Shown: piece after piece, positions 1-11,718 of the stretch
Numbering within the stretch: the first letter of the stretch is position 1
How the letters are laid out: the number at the start of each line of letters is the position of its first letter
DNA from: Lenisia limosa
Taxonomy: Eukaryota > Protista > Breviatea
DNA: 52,978 nt
Reading direction: 5' to 3'
Assembly (NCBI GenBank): GCA_001655205.1
Contig: LPNZ01009472.1
Span: 1-52,978 of the forward strand
The notes under the pieces: model-generated
Database searches by the model: none
The model's input: the letters and a program-made list of their open reading frames with translations, nothing else
What the model was told of the DNA's origin: nothing
Translations under genes and position numbers: made by a program

Positions 1-357
1 CCCCCCCCCCCCCCATCTAATCGATGCGCTCTCGGGCTTGGAGTTGGCCTTCTGCCTGTGTAGAGTGTTTTGTTTCTTATTGTTTCTTGAAGGTTGATTT
101 ATTGACTCCCTTAGTATAATTTGGACATTTCCTTGACCGTTAAAAAAAAGATGTTTGATATTCCATTTGCCAATGGACATGCTTAGCATTTCATTATCTA
201 GTAGTATGATATCCTATGGCACATATCATATGTTACAATTAACGGTGTGTGCCTGGAGATAGAAAAAAATAATAATACATTTTGAAAATCGAAACAATAT
301 AAGCTTACACTGAAAACCCACTGGAAAAACAAGAAAGTGAAAAAAGAAAATGCACAA

Positions 358-3300
358 TTAACCAAAACATTTTGGAAATCTGATTTGCCCTTGATTTCCA
401 GAAGGACCAAGAATCATCAGTAGAGATGTGAAGAAAAAGAGGGTCAAAATGAGACTCGTGAAAATGGTGACGAAGAGCAATATACCGAACTTGTAGAACA
501 TGGTGATGTAGGCGAAGAGGAAGAGGATCATTGCACTCGCCATCGTACTCAAGCCACCTTCGGGGTGAGAATGGAAGATCATGAGTTTTCGAGGGCCAGA
601 TTGAACACATGATTCATTTGATTTAACTAAAACACATACATTTATGAAAATATCATATCTAGACCTCTCACCAGAAACAATGGATATTCCAACATGAGTC
701 AGCGCGTTTCGCACTCGCTATGTTTTGTGAATTTCAGAGGGTGCGATAAGTAACTTCTTGAAAAAAAGCTGTAAAGGAGAAATGACAAAAGATAAAAGAA
801 GCAGTTCCAACATGCAACAAGATCCCTACCGCTTTTCGGTCAGTGCATTCCGACTCGAGATATGAGTGACACATGTGCGCACCAAAATCGATGGACAAAC
901 CTGCCGAGTGAAATGTGTTGATCGTTTTCTGGGTATCTACTTCAAAACACAAAAAAAAAGTACATTTGAGCCACCAACCTGGCACTTGGACAAACGCAAT
1001 GACCTCAACGATGCCCAACAACCAGCCGTTGAGGATGGACTGTCCCATCACCACCGAGATGATGCACTAATACGTCAACAGAAAAGCAACTTGTTAAGTC
1101 ATTAATAACCAAGGCAAACCGCGACTAAGAATGTGACCAGACAGGAGGCAATGATGTTGTGGGTGATGATGAGAATCACGATGAAGGAGAATAAGATACT
1201 AGCTAGCATTCCAAAGAAAGCTTCAAACACCATTTCCTCCTAAAGAAATGAGATTGTATTTTTGTGACCAAGAATCAGTTTAAACATTCTTCCCATCAGC
1301 TTACCATAACGAAAAACCAAGCGAAATGGGCATTCCGGTCGGTAACGTACGTTGGCAGAAACTTGCTAAACGATGTGAACTATGATAATCGGTACGAGGG
1401 GATGGGCAAAAAAGAAGATCATTCGATGGTAATCCAGGCAAAAGTCTGAGAAAGAAAGATGACACTGCTGAGATAACCCAGCACCAACCCTGCAGCGGCA
1501 CATTCGCCGTTGGAGAGTTCCGTTGTTAACCATTGTTCCCATGCAGTGTGCACTGTGAGACCAACCTGTTAGATGATGAGAGCATGATGGGTCAAAAGAC
1601 TTCATCATGCACTCGTATTACACCATAACAGGCCGCCTACAAGATAGTCATCAAACTTCTCAAAGTCCAGAGTGATATCGGCGTAGAGGGACGTAACCAT
1701 CCCACTGGTCATTTCGTTCTGAACGTGTCAATGGACTATGAAACCAAATAACATATTCCTCTTCTTTAATTTCACTTTGGTGGCACTCACACCCTTAGAA
1801 GTATCAATATTTCCTAGTTTTCCCCTAAGGCGAAGAAGGAAGCCCTTACGTTTTGGAAAGTTGACGCGAGTTTGACCAGTTCGTACATATCTCTGGAGCT
1901 GGCAATGAATTCGTTGAGGTAAAGCGGGCCCAAGGTTGCTGCCTGGACCGCACCGGGGCCTACAAAAAGGGACCAATCCCCAGGGTGGGTCGCTTCGACA
2001 AAAGTCTGGAAGGTCACGTGCGAATATTCAAACGGTTGAGACAGGTGGAAACTAAGGTTACTATCAAGCAGCAACCTAGATGCTTAAAACAACTGACAAG
2101 AGTTCCAATGGAGGTACCTTGAAATCTCGCGGCCAACAAGTTGATGGGGCAATCGCGGGTCCAATAGTCTTGCGCTTCTCATCAGCCACCTGTGAGGTCA
2201 AGAAATGGTATTGTGCTCAAAATACCCAATGTTGTTATTAGTACAATTACTAAAAGGCTTGAATTAAATGCTCTTTTCATGTGAGGTAAGAAACAAACCT
2301 CGGCAACGTCACACAAGTGAATGAAGCAGTCAATCCCAGCAAAAAAGTCGAAATCCTAAGGGTTTAGAACACAAGGCAACGATAAAAGTGAAGCAAGTTA
2401 AACTGTTCAATACCTCGCTGAAGTTGACAGTTCCGAAGTTTTCAGTGTCATAGTCTGGAACGTCGCCTCGAGATATCGGATTCTCCGTGTCCACCCCAGA
2501 AAACAATCTACAAGGTGACGGGTGGTATCTATGTATATATCGAGAAATTTGTATAATATTATATCATGTAGAAATGATAAGTGAAAAACGGTCGTATCAG
2601 TCCAAGGCCGAGAGGGGTGAAGTGGATGTCAGAGTCAGCATTCCTCACCGGACGGTAGTTGTCGTTGTATCTGATGAGTCTTGTTTGGAGTCGAAAAGCT
2701 TGATCTTCTTAAAGAAGGCCTAGAAAATTGGAGAAGTTCGCAGGAAAACAGTTTCCCAACCGGGATGATAGATACAAATACACCTTGTTCAAATGTAGAA
2801 GCAAACCATATATTTATCTTCAGGAGGGAGGAGTTCGGGTTCGTCAGGATCAGGGGCCATCTAAATGGGTTATTCAGAGTACGATGTAAGATATCTGATC
2901 TGAGGTATCATAAAACGCTGTCATGCTAGAATAATCGAACTATCTAATATAGTATGATATATACATACAGACATAGTAGTTCATATTATATAATATCATA
3001 TAATATACCCTGATGGATCGGTGAAACCCACACTGGACGCTTTGTAGGTGTAGAAGGCGATGATTGCAAGGAAGGCAAGGAAAACGATGATGTGGTAGCG
3101 GTGGAGAAAGCGGTAGAAGGGGCCGTTGAAGAACTTGACCAAAGCAGGCATGTCCGCCATGTACTAAAACATCAGACAGCTCCCTCATTGGATAGCTACT
3201 CCCAAACAATCAAGAAGCCTTTACTTACAAGTCGGGTCTCAGCCCTCTGTGGCGGTTTTGGAGTGTCAAGTAGGGCCTAAAAAATCAACCTTAATAAGCC

Positions 3301-6300
3301 ACATCCACCTTTATATTTCCCAAGACGATGGGCGAAGAATATACGATAAATGATAACCAGGATCAAAAGCAATTATACTCACACTTTCATTTCCACAAAT
3401 AACCCACCATGTCGGTTAAAGACTCTCTTGGGGTGGTAAGGGAAACGAGCTTGGCAGTCTTCTCAACTTCAGAGACTGGTGTTTGTTGGGGATCGGCCGA
3501 TAAGGATGCTTCGGCTCTCGGCGTCTCTATGAGTGGATTCAAATGGATAAAGAGTAAAACTGGTAATAATTTTCCTAGAGACCATGGAAAGCCAGAAAAT
3601 AATGACACAACACACCTTATACATTTTTAATGAAGGCGGGCGACAATAAGCTCATACTTTTCCAGAACCCACCGTTTTCAGTCTCATTGGAGTCGACCTC
3701 TTTTGGTGACGGCAATTTCGCTGGGGCATCCGAGGCTGAAAGGTGAGCAAATTCACATTAAGACGTGTACAAAACTCATATTGCAGGGCCTTTTGACGTC
3801 CAGTCATACATACCTGTACCTGGAGGGGCAGTTGGGTCGGGAGTAGGGGCAATGGTCCTTGTTTGCCGCCCACTCTTCGGGAGTTCGGATCTCTGACGAA
3901 ATGAGATGACCATTAGTGAAGGAGGGAGTCAGATGTCTCTTGTAGTGTTCAGTCATGCCCACTGGGGAAATGCGGTACAACATCAACCTACCACACTCAT
4001 GGACTTCAGTTCGAACGCAGAGTAGTTGATATTTTTTTCCACTTCGCTCTCTCTGAAGTTGTGAAGAATATATTTGAAATAGCTTGGGCTTTCGAAGTTC
4101 CGAAAGGGTTAAGATTGTCTTTTGCGGGAGAATAAAATCGTGCCAAGAGCAAAGGAGTTACTTTTTCGATTAGAAAGCTCACGTAATTTGGTACTTGTTC
4201 CGGTTGACAAAAGCCACAACTGCCGGGAAGAAGAGAATGACCGCGATATAGTTCACAAAAATCAGAGTCGACTGAAAGGTGAGGAATGCTGGAACAAAGT
4301 TGGGATTATTTATTGACCCAAACCTACAGCAAACATGCCAAAGCCTGCAGTTGCTGGGAATGAAGAGAAAGCATTTGCGAGTAAACAGGCCATTGTAGTG
4401 ATGGAGGTGAGGAGCATGGCATTGGCTGCCCGCATCCATGTTCTAAACAGTCAAGTCCGAAGCAAGACTCCCAACCAACCTCTTCATTTTGTCGAAATGG
4501 GAGCGTTTCGCACCCAATTCGTCCACATCATTTTGGTCATAGGCGTCGATGAAAACAAAAACATCATCAACTGCCACCCCCAGGAGAAGAAAGATACTCA
4601 ACACCTGGAAGATTCCTGGTTTATTAGCTCTGACCTTGTACCAATGAATAAAAATTCAGAGGTGCCCAAGGTTACCGAATTTCATTAAATTTTGAGCCAC
4701 CTCACCAAAGAAATTCTGACCCAAGGCGTAGCGGTAGAAGATGTATGCTGGCGCGAAGCAGAAGATCACCTGGACCATGGCCAAGGAGGATATCAGCAGT
4801 GAGCTACGGTGTGAACGGGACCGATATATTACCCGAAAGAGTTTAGTCATGGATGCTTGAGCCTACTGGGTCATTGCTGCAAGATACACCCAAATGAAGA
4901 AAATGGCCAAGGCTGCAAACATGCCATCATTTTGGAGAAGAACCTGGGGGAGGGGGGTGATCATCACTCCATAGGTAAAAGTTCCTTGTACGTTTGTATT
5001 TTGCTGATTTTATCAAAGTGTTTATGTTCAAGATGTAGTACGTTCATCACCCGCTCACGTCAACGTATTCGTAGATCAGGAACGGGGAGTAGAAAAAGAC
5101 CTACGTAATCAAACTAATACAAAGGTCCTCCCATTCCGAAGATAACACCCGGAAGAAAAAGCCCACCCCCCACGAGGGTCCATTCTCAAAAAACCTGGAA
5201 AAGATATTGATTTCCCGATTGTTCTTCAGAACGAAGACCAAACCAGCCTACCTCCACACCTTCGACGTTAGCATTGACAAAGTCGCTGCTCCAGGCCCCG
5301 AACATGAAGACATTGGCTAACTTGCGCTGGTCAATGGGGTCCGTGTACACATTGCGGTACCCTTCAATTGGAAGACCAAAGAGCATCCTGAAGCCGTTAG
5401 GACTGTCAAGATGGGAGCTTCAATCTCAACAACTATGAGAGAACGGGCTTAGTGTTAACCTCGCAACCCGACACTAGGCACTTGTCCGCCCACCATGATC
5501 GGATGGCTTGGGCACTGGTGCTGCCGTCCTGTCCAAACTCCTGTGACGTCATACGGTAGAACGTTGAGATGGCCGAGTCTGAGGAGTAGCGGTTCTCCAG
5601 AGCCATTCTTGGGGGTCAAGTGGGTTCTGTCATGGATTTCAAGATTCTGCAGCATTTTGGGACAAGTGATAAATACACCACTAAAGCGCCCACTGTTTCA
5701 CTTTAGCATCGATAAATTCCTTAGATGCGATATTGTTCGTTGTGTCGCACTCCGAAGATGCTAAAGTGTCAGCTCATTGATAACAATGATTCTTTTAGGT
5801 GGAGGAAGGGACTAGAAATGGATGCTTACGAAGCAACAAAACCCCCAAATATGTCAACTCTATACTATAAACCTATGAGGGCCATTCTTTGCCTCTTCCG
5901 TCAATAAACATTTCATTCACAAATCTGCCCCCAAACCGCAATCAAAAAGCCCTGTTGGAAGCGATGAAACGTTACTACAAGGCAGCCCAAGACCAGGAAT
6001 GCATGCCGATGCCAACGATGAAATTGGGGCACATGATGGCCGCGTACCAGTATTGAGCTCCGCCACCGTAGCTTCGCCACCTGGGTGTTAATGGAAGGGG
6101 AGTGTCAGTCACACTAACAGTAAAATATCGACATTTATCATGTTTTGGCGATCGAAGCGAATCCCCTGACATCAACATATTACCGCACTTGCATAAGCAC
6201 TTGACACTTGTGACTCAGTCCACTGCAGCAGACAGAAGTCTTTCTGATACTCTTCATTGTTCCATAGATTGGACTCGTATTTTTGGATAGCCTTGGAAGA

Positions 6301-7309
6301 ATAATAAAACATAATTTTTATTCAGCAGACAATAAAAAAAAATATTTAAGATTCAAGCATAAAGTAGTATACTACACCACAGTCCCACATTTCCAACTGA
6401 AATGCCGCCATACCTGAAGCACAGCGGGTTCGAAAACATCTCGGCCGTCCTTGGCCAGGTAAATCAACTGCAACATTGGTGGTAGGTTCATTGCCATGCC
6501 AGATCTAAAAGTCATTCTTAAGAAGCACCATTTCTAGGTTATACGTTGACTCGCACATAACTTTGGATGACCCCACCTTTGAAGTTCGAGGTTATCAGCA
6601 TTTGAAGCAGCGTCAATCTGAAGTTTCAGAACAGAACGTTACTGATTAAGATATTGAAATAAAAAAATTCGTATTTCTTTATTGACCAAACACGAAATTT
6701 TCCGTGCCAAGGCGAAGCAAAAAAAACAGTTGATCTGAGTGAATGCTCAAGCAATGATTGTTCCAATTGATCCACCCGCCAACTTTGACAGTTCTGAGCG
6801 CGTCAAATCTCTCCTGTGTACGATGGTGTCGTAAGTGGAGGGGAACTGCCGACTGAATACATTAGTGGATCAGAAGCTGTCACGAGTCAAAGGTTTACCC
6901 TCGTCAATAAAAGAGATTCTTCATTTTACTGTTATCATTTTGTATTGGGTTTGAGCTAAAATTCGCACAAGACCGCTTTCGAAACAGAACAAAAGCACCA
7001 AGATAGAAACGTNNNNNNNNNNNNNNNNNNNNNNNNNNNNNNNNNNNNNNNNNNNNNNNNNNNNNNNNNNNNNNNNNNNNNNNNNNNNNNNNNNNNNNNN
7101 NNNNNNNNNGAACGAGAAGAGGCCACAGAATCCAGTGATGCAGGAGCATTGTGGACGACTTGTCACCCTACATGGTTATGGAAGATAGGCCAACACAAAA
7201 TGAACCTGATACAAACAATGTGAAATGTGACAGGGATCGCTTTGAAATAATCAAGTTCTAAATCATCACAAACTGACCATCTGCAATAAGTGTCCACAAA
7301 GAACGTCAT
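358..7309 (-). CDS. Dispatched/Patched-family RND transporter with sterol-sensing domain (multi-exon, 20+ exons, crosses an N-gap)
   Basis: Spliced minus-strand exons give an N-terminal TM (MTFFVDTYCRWVTSRPQCSCITGFCGLFSF). SSD segments: VLLQNDGMFAALAIFFIWVYL, GVAVDDVFVFIDAY (GxxxDD), RAANAMLLTSITTMACLLANAFSSFPATAGFGMFA, LIFVNYIAVILFFPAVV. Second TM bundle: FAWFFVMEEMVFEAFFGMLASILFSF, PGLSIDFGAHMCHSY, GGLSTMASAMILFLFAYITMFYKFG...LLMILGP. Stop TAA at 358-360. Family assignment is from recalled motifs. Confidence 0.9.
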
Positions 7310-7703
7310 GGTTAGTGGCCTGGCTTTGGGAGATGAGCGCTACTTGGCATTTTGCTTGTCCCAATACTGAAGTGCCTCCCCAAAAAGGTTAATTTCCGAT
7401 TATCAAATTATCTCTATTTCTCTGTATTGTAGCGGTATAGCTCCCAGAGTTAGGAGGGAAGGTGATAGGCAAAGATATTTCTTCAAATTAAAGAATATAT
7501 TGTGTTTGCTTTTAATTATTATATACATCTATACATCTATAATATGCATGATAACATACATATTACATCTATACGCCTGCCGAAAAGACAAGTATAAACC
7601 CCCGCGGTTCCACCTTCTTTTTGCCAAACAAAAAAATCACCCTCTTGAGCAACAGCACTTTGTTTTTGTAAATTACGTAATATTATTTAGTTTCTGAGGC
7701 ATA

Positions 7704-8479
7704 ATGTCGTTCAACAGCGCTGTGAGTTGTGTTTTTTTTAGGACAACTAACTGTTGTATAGGGTCGTTTACCTCCTGATGTGAATCGCATCCTTTATGTC
7801 AAGTATGTTGAGTGTATTCTATAGCAGAATATTGAAATTGTCTTTTTTTTCCTTTATCCAAGCTTCTCTTACACCTCTTTCCAGGAATCTTCCTTTCAAG
7901 ATCAATCCTGAAGACCTTTATGATATTTTTGGAAAGTATGGAACCGTCAGACAGATCAGAGTGTATGTTGGGCTTTGACTGTTGACCTCATATATTGTTT
8001 TTTCACCTCTGCCTCACCATTTTACCCTAATGTAATTCATATTTAGTGGTAACGCACCGAGGAGTCGCGGTACTGCTTACGTTGCCTACGACGATATCTA
8101 CCAGGCCAAAGCTGCCCTGGAGGGACTTCAAGGGTACCATGTAATGAACAGGTATGAACACCCCTTCACTCTGTTACCTTTACCCCCCCCCTGATTACCT
8201 TGTGCCAGATCCTATTATGATTATCTTGAGCATTTTAATATGTTGCTTTGAGTAACTCTCGGTACACTCTTTGTTATTCGCTTTCAAATTCCACTGATTT
8301 TGAGAGTTACTTGCCATCAGGAAATCTTCTTTTCTGGGCTTGACAATCCCAGATACCTTGTGGTGTTGTACCATCAAAGAGCCAAAATGGCGAAGAAGAT
8401 GGATCTTGAGAAGAAGCAGAAGGAGCTCGAGCGTCTCAAGGCCAAGTTCGGCGTCGATGGTCTCACTGGTGAGAACTAA
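7704..8479 (+). CDS. SF3B6: Splicing factor 3B subunit 6 (p14 branch-point protein, RRM), 5 exons
   Basis: Spliced product [122 protein letters not shown] matches SF3B14 throughout; canonical GT-AG introns. Confidence 0.96.
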
Positions 8480-8719
8480 ATCTAGGTCCTTTTTTGCTTG
8501 GTGGCCACGGGGCCACCTTCTGTTGTACTGTACATCTATCTCTTCCATGTTTCTTTAATGCAGTGTAGTACTGTTCCCACATTTGAACTTTTTTTGTATA
8601 AGAATAAGTGACATACATATGTGTTGAAAATGCTGGGCAATGCTCTTCTCCTTTAAATATCCATATAGTATTACATATATATATTGTACAAACTTCACCA
8701 TGATTAATTGGAGTCAACA

Positions 8720-11454
8720 TTAGGAGTGTGCTAAACAGTAAGACCCATAGTGCATACCAGGAAGGCCATCAATTGTGCTTCGGTACTCGTCCTCGAGAAT
8801 GACATAGCTTTTGTCAAGTCCCTCAATGATGAGATCTTGTTCCTCTTCAGTGGGGACGGCTTGCACTCGTTTGCTGCTCACCGATATTCTGTGTAGTAAA
8901 GAACAAGAAACTGGGATAACTAGAAACGAAAAAATTAAGAATGAAAAAATGTGAGCAGCGAAATACTGCTGTGTCAACACCGCTCACGATTGATATAACC
9001 TTCTCTTCACGTCCCTTTTGAAAATACTGTACTCAGCAGCATTGGGAGTTTTATCCAAGGCTTGCAACTTTAGAATTTCAAATACTCTTTGAGCTTGACT
9101 CTGAAGAGTGAATTGCACCCAATCCAGTCAGAGTGTACCTTATACAGCTTCAACTCTGACTCCAGTTGGAATTTCAAGGTGTCAGTCCACTGAGAGGTGT
9201 CTGAAATGTAAACTCGGAAAACTAGAACACAAGCCAGATAAAAAAATAAACTGTTTTGCCCCCAGTCAAACCATATTTCTTCTGCATGACGCGAATACAG
9301 TCTGTTTTATCCCTTATGCGTTGAAGGCCGTCAGCAGCATCTTCAATCTACAGGACATGTTACAAATTGGAAAAGTACTGGGGTTTTAACCAATTCAAAA
9401 TTGTACAAATTGTACACTAAAAATCAACCCACTGTGATGTCCTTGACAGATTTGTCTGCTATGTAATCCCTAGAGAATTAGGCTCAAATGCGAAAAGGGG
9501 GTTGATTTGAGAGCGATAAGTACATTGCTTACTCAGAGAGGGCATTGAGCATTTTGGAGCCAAGGCCACGTTTTTGATAAGGATGGAGAACCACAACTTG
9601 ACTAAAGCATCAGGATAAAATTAATTAGTGGTATCAACACAAGCTTTCCTCCTCACGAAATCCGTTTCCTTATTGAGTCTGGAGGGGCGAAAAAGCTGTA
9701 AGTTGTAATGTAGCCAATGCACACAAATGATACCGCCGAGTTTTCTGTTTTCTTTGCCCAGCTGCATTGTGAGAAGTAATGGAGACAGTGAATAATTTTG
9801 GACAACAATAAATCACATCAATACGAAGAAATGAGGATCCCCCAAACAGTATACTGATATCCCAAAGTGGGTCATCCATGGAGAGGTATGACGCTCCATC
9901 AATGCTGACTAACATCAAAAACTAAAGAGTGAACAACAACAGCTACGCAATAGTACTTGAGGATTTTAAAAATATGAGATTATATATTACTTGCCCAAAC
10001 CTGGATTTTTTTGTGCCATTCATTAACACGGGTGTTGCCAAACTTCTCCTAAAACTGTGAAAAATAAAAACTCAAAAAGTATTCAAAACAATATAAAAAA
10101 AAAAAGGAGTTTTTACACTTTCCTTCTAACATCATACATATCGTTTGACTTACCACTCTATGATCTTCTATATCCCTCAAGATCGGGGGGATCATGCAAC
10201 TATTACCGCTTACTCTTGCAAAGTTGTAGGACCATTGGACGTTATCGATAACTGCCTCCCATGCAGTGATGGTCTTCCCAAAAGGCTCAAATGATAACTT
10301 GAGGGTCTATAACTGTAATACAAAACCACTTATTTACGACTGTAAACATATGGGAACAAAGAAAAAAAACATAAAAGCATCAGAGAACACCCAGCAACGA
10401 ACCGAAACAAACACATCAATGTTTTTTGTATAGCCGCCAAGAAGTCGTTCGGACAAGACCGTTTCAATATCATCAGCAGCAGGGCAGTTCAGAGCTTCGT
10501 GTTCAACCTTTTCAGAGAACTCAATACGTAGGTATCTGAGAGGTTAAATTTATATTGATAGTCCAAATCATATCACATTTTGAATCATTTTCACACGTCT
10601 GAACTGTTTTTCTACGCAGTGATATGATACCTCACAGTATGAGAATTGACCGACAAGTCTCAATGATACTCTGATACACTCGGGATGAACCCTCGTGTTA
10701 TCTTCGTTCACCATTTCGACTTTTGAAAGTCGGTCATATCCACTAGTGGATATGGGTTAACATTCTTTTGTATAAGTTATTTTACTTAACCGCCTATCAT
10801 TTGCGTATCTCAACATACGTGTCGAAAGTAAGAGCGTTGAACCAAAGGTCGATTCTTAGCCCTTTGTATCCGAAGACCTTCTCATTTTTGAACAGCTAAG
10901 AAATCAAAACAATACAGAATAATACTGATAAAGTACAGGAAGCTGGGTATATACATGGAGTTTTAAGGAACAAAGTTAGCATACTACCATTACCCTCTAT
11001 ATGGATGTGATCTTGACAAGTTGTATCATTTATTGCTTAATTGTAGATACAATAATACTAACCCACACAGCACCTGATTAGTGAAGAGGGGATGGAAGTC
11101 CAAGTCCTTGTTAACGGTGTCTTCTTCTTTATTCACTAATGCCAATTATAAAAGAGAACTTGGATGTGGGAAACAACAGGGGGCCCAAAATGCACACAAA
11201 CCAAAAAAAATTCAAGCTATCACTTGAGTCTACAGCCCAAAGAAATTCTGGTATTGCAATTTTCCTTACCGATTCTGAGATGGATAGCCTCGTTGGACGA
11301 ACAGTAGTACGATTCAATATCATCTTGCTGGAACCCATTGTCATCTCCAGCAAGAAGCTCGTCAACTTGTTGGTCAGAATTGCGTTTCAATTAGTATATT
11401 ACAAATTAAGGAAACCTCACCATCCCACTCACTGTCAAAATCGTCGTCACACAT
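8720..11454 (-). CDS. HAT1: Histone acetyltransferase type B catalytic subunit (multi-exon)
   Basis: Exons encode YYCSSNEAIHLRI, DFHPLFTNQ, LFKNEKVFGYKGLRIDLWFN, IDGASYLSMDDPLWD, the acetyl-CoA motif A QVVVLHPYQKRGLGSKMLN, IEDAADGLQRIRDKTDC and QAQRVFEILKLQ...FKRDVKRRLYQ. All are HAT1-like and in the right order. ATG at 11454, TAA at 8720. Confidence 0.92.
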
Positions 11455-11718
11455 ATTAAAAGCGCGGTCAAAAAGGTAACTTCTTCAGTTTGGAGCTCTA
11501 TTCTTTTTTAAATGAACACCTTAACACCTTAGCTTGAGCTTAGCTTTGTTGCTACCGCTGCGAGAGAGAGGAGGGAGGGACAAGGGAGGGAGAAGGGGAG
11601 AAGGGAGGAGAGGAGAAGAACAGAAAAAAGCAAACAGCTATAATAGTGGGGTTGAAATCATCCTCAATGGGTTTATTTTTGGCCAAGGCGGTTTTTGCAT
11701 TGCTTTGTTTTTGAAAGA

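Noticed and set aside
2671-2696. Hammerhead-like CTGATGAG...GAAA
   Set aside because: Stem II does not pair and the sequence is the antisense of a coding exon of the Dispatched-like gene.
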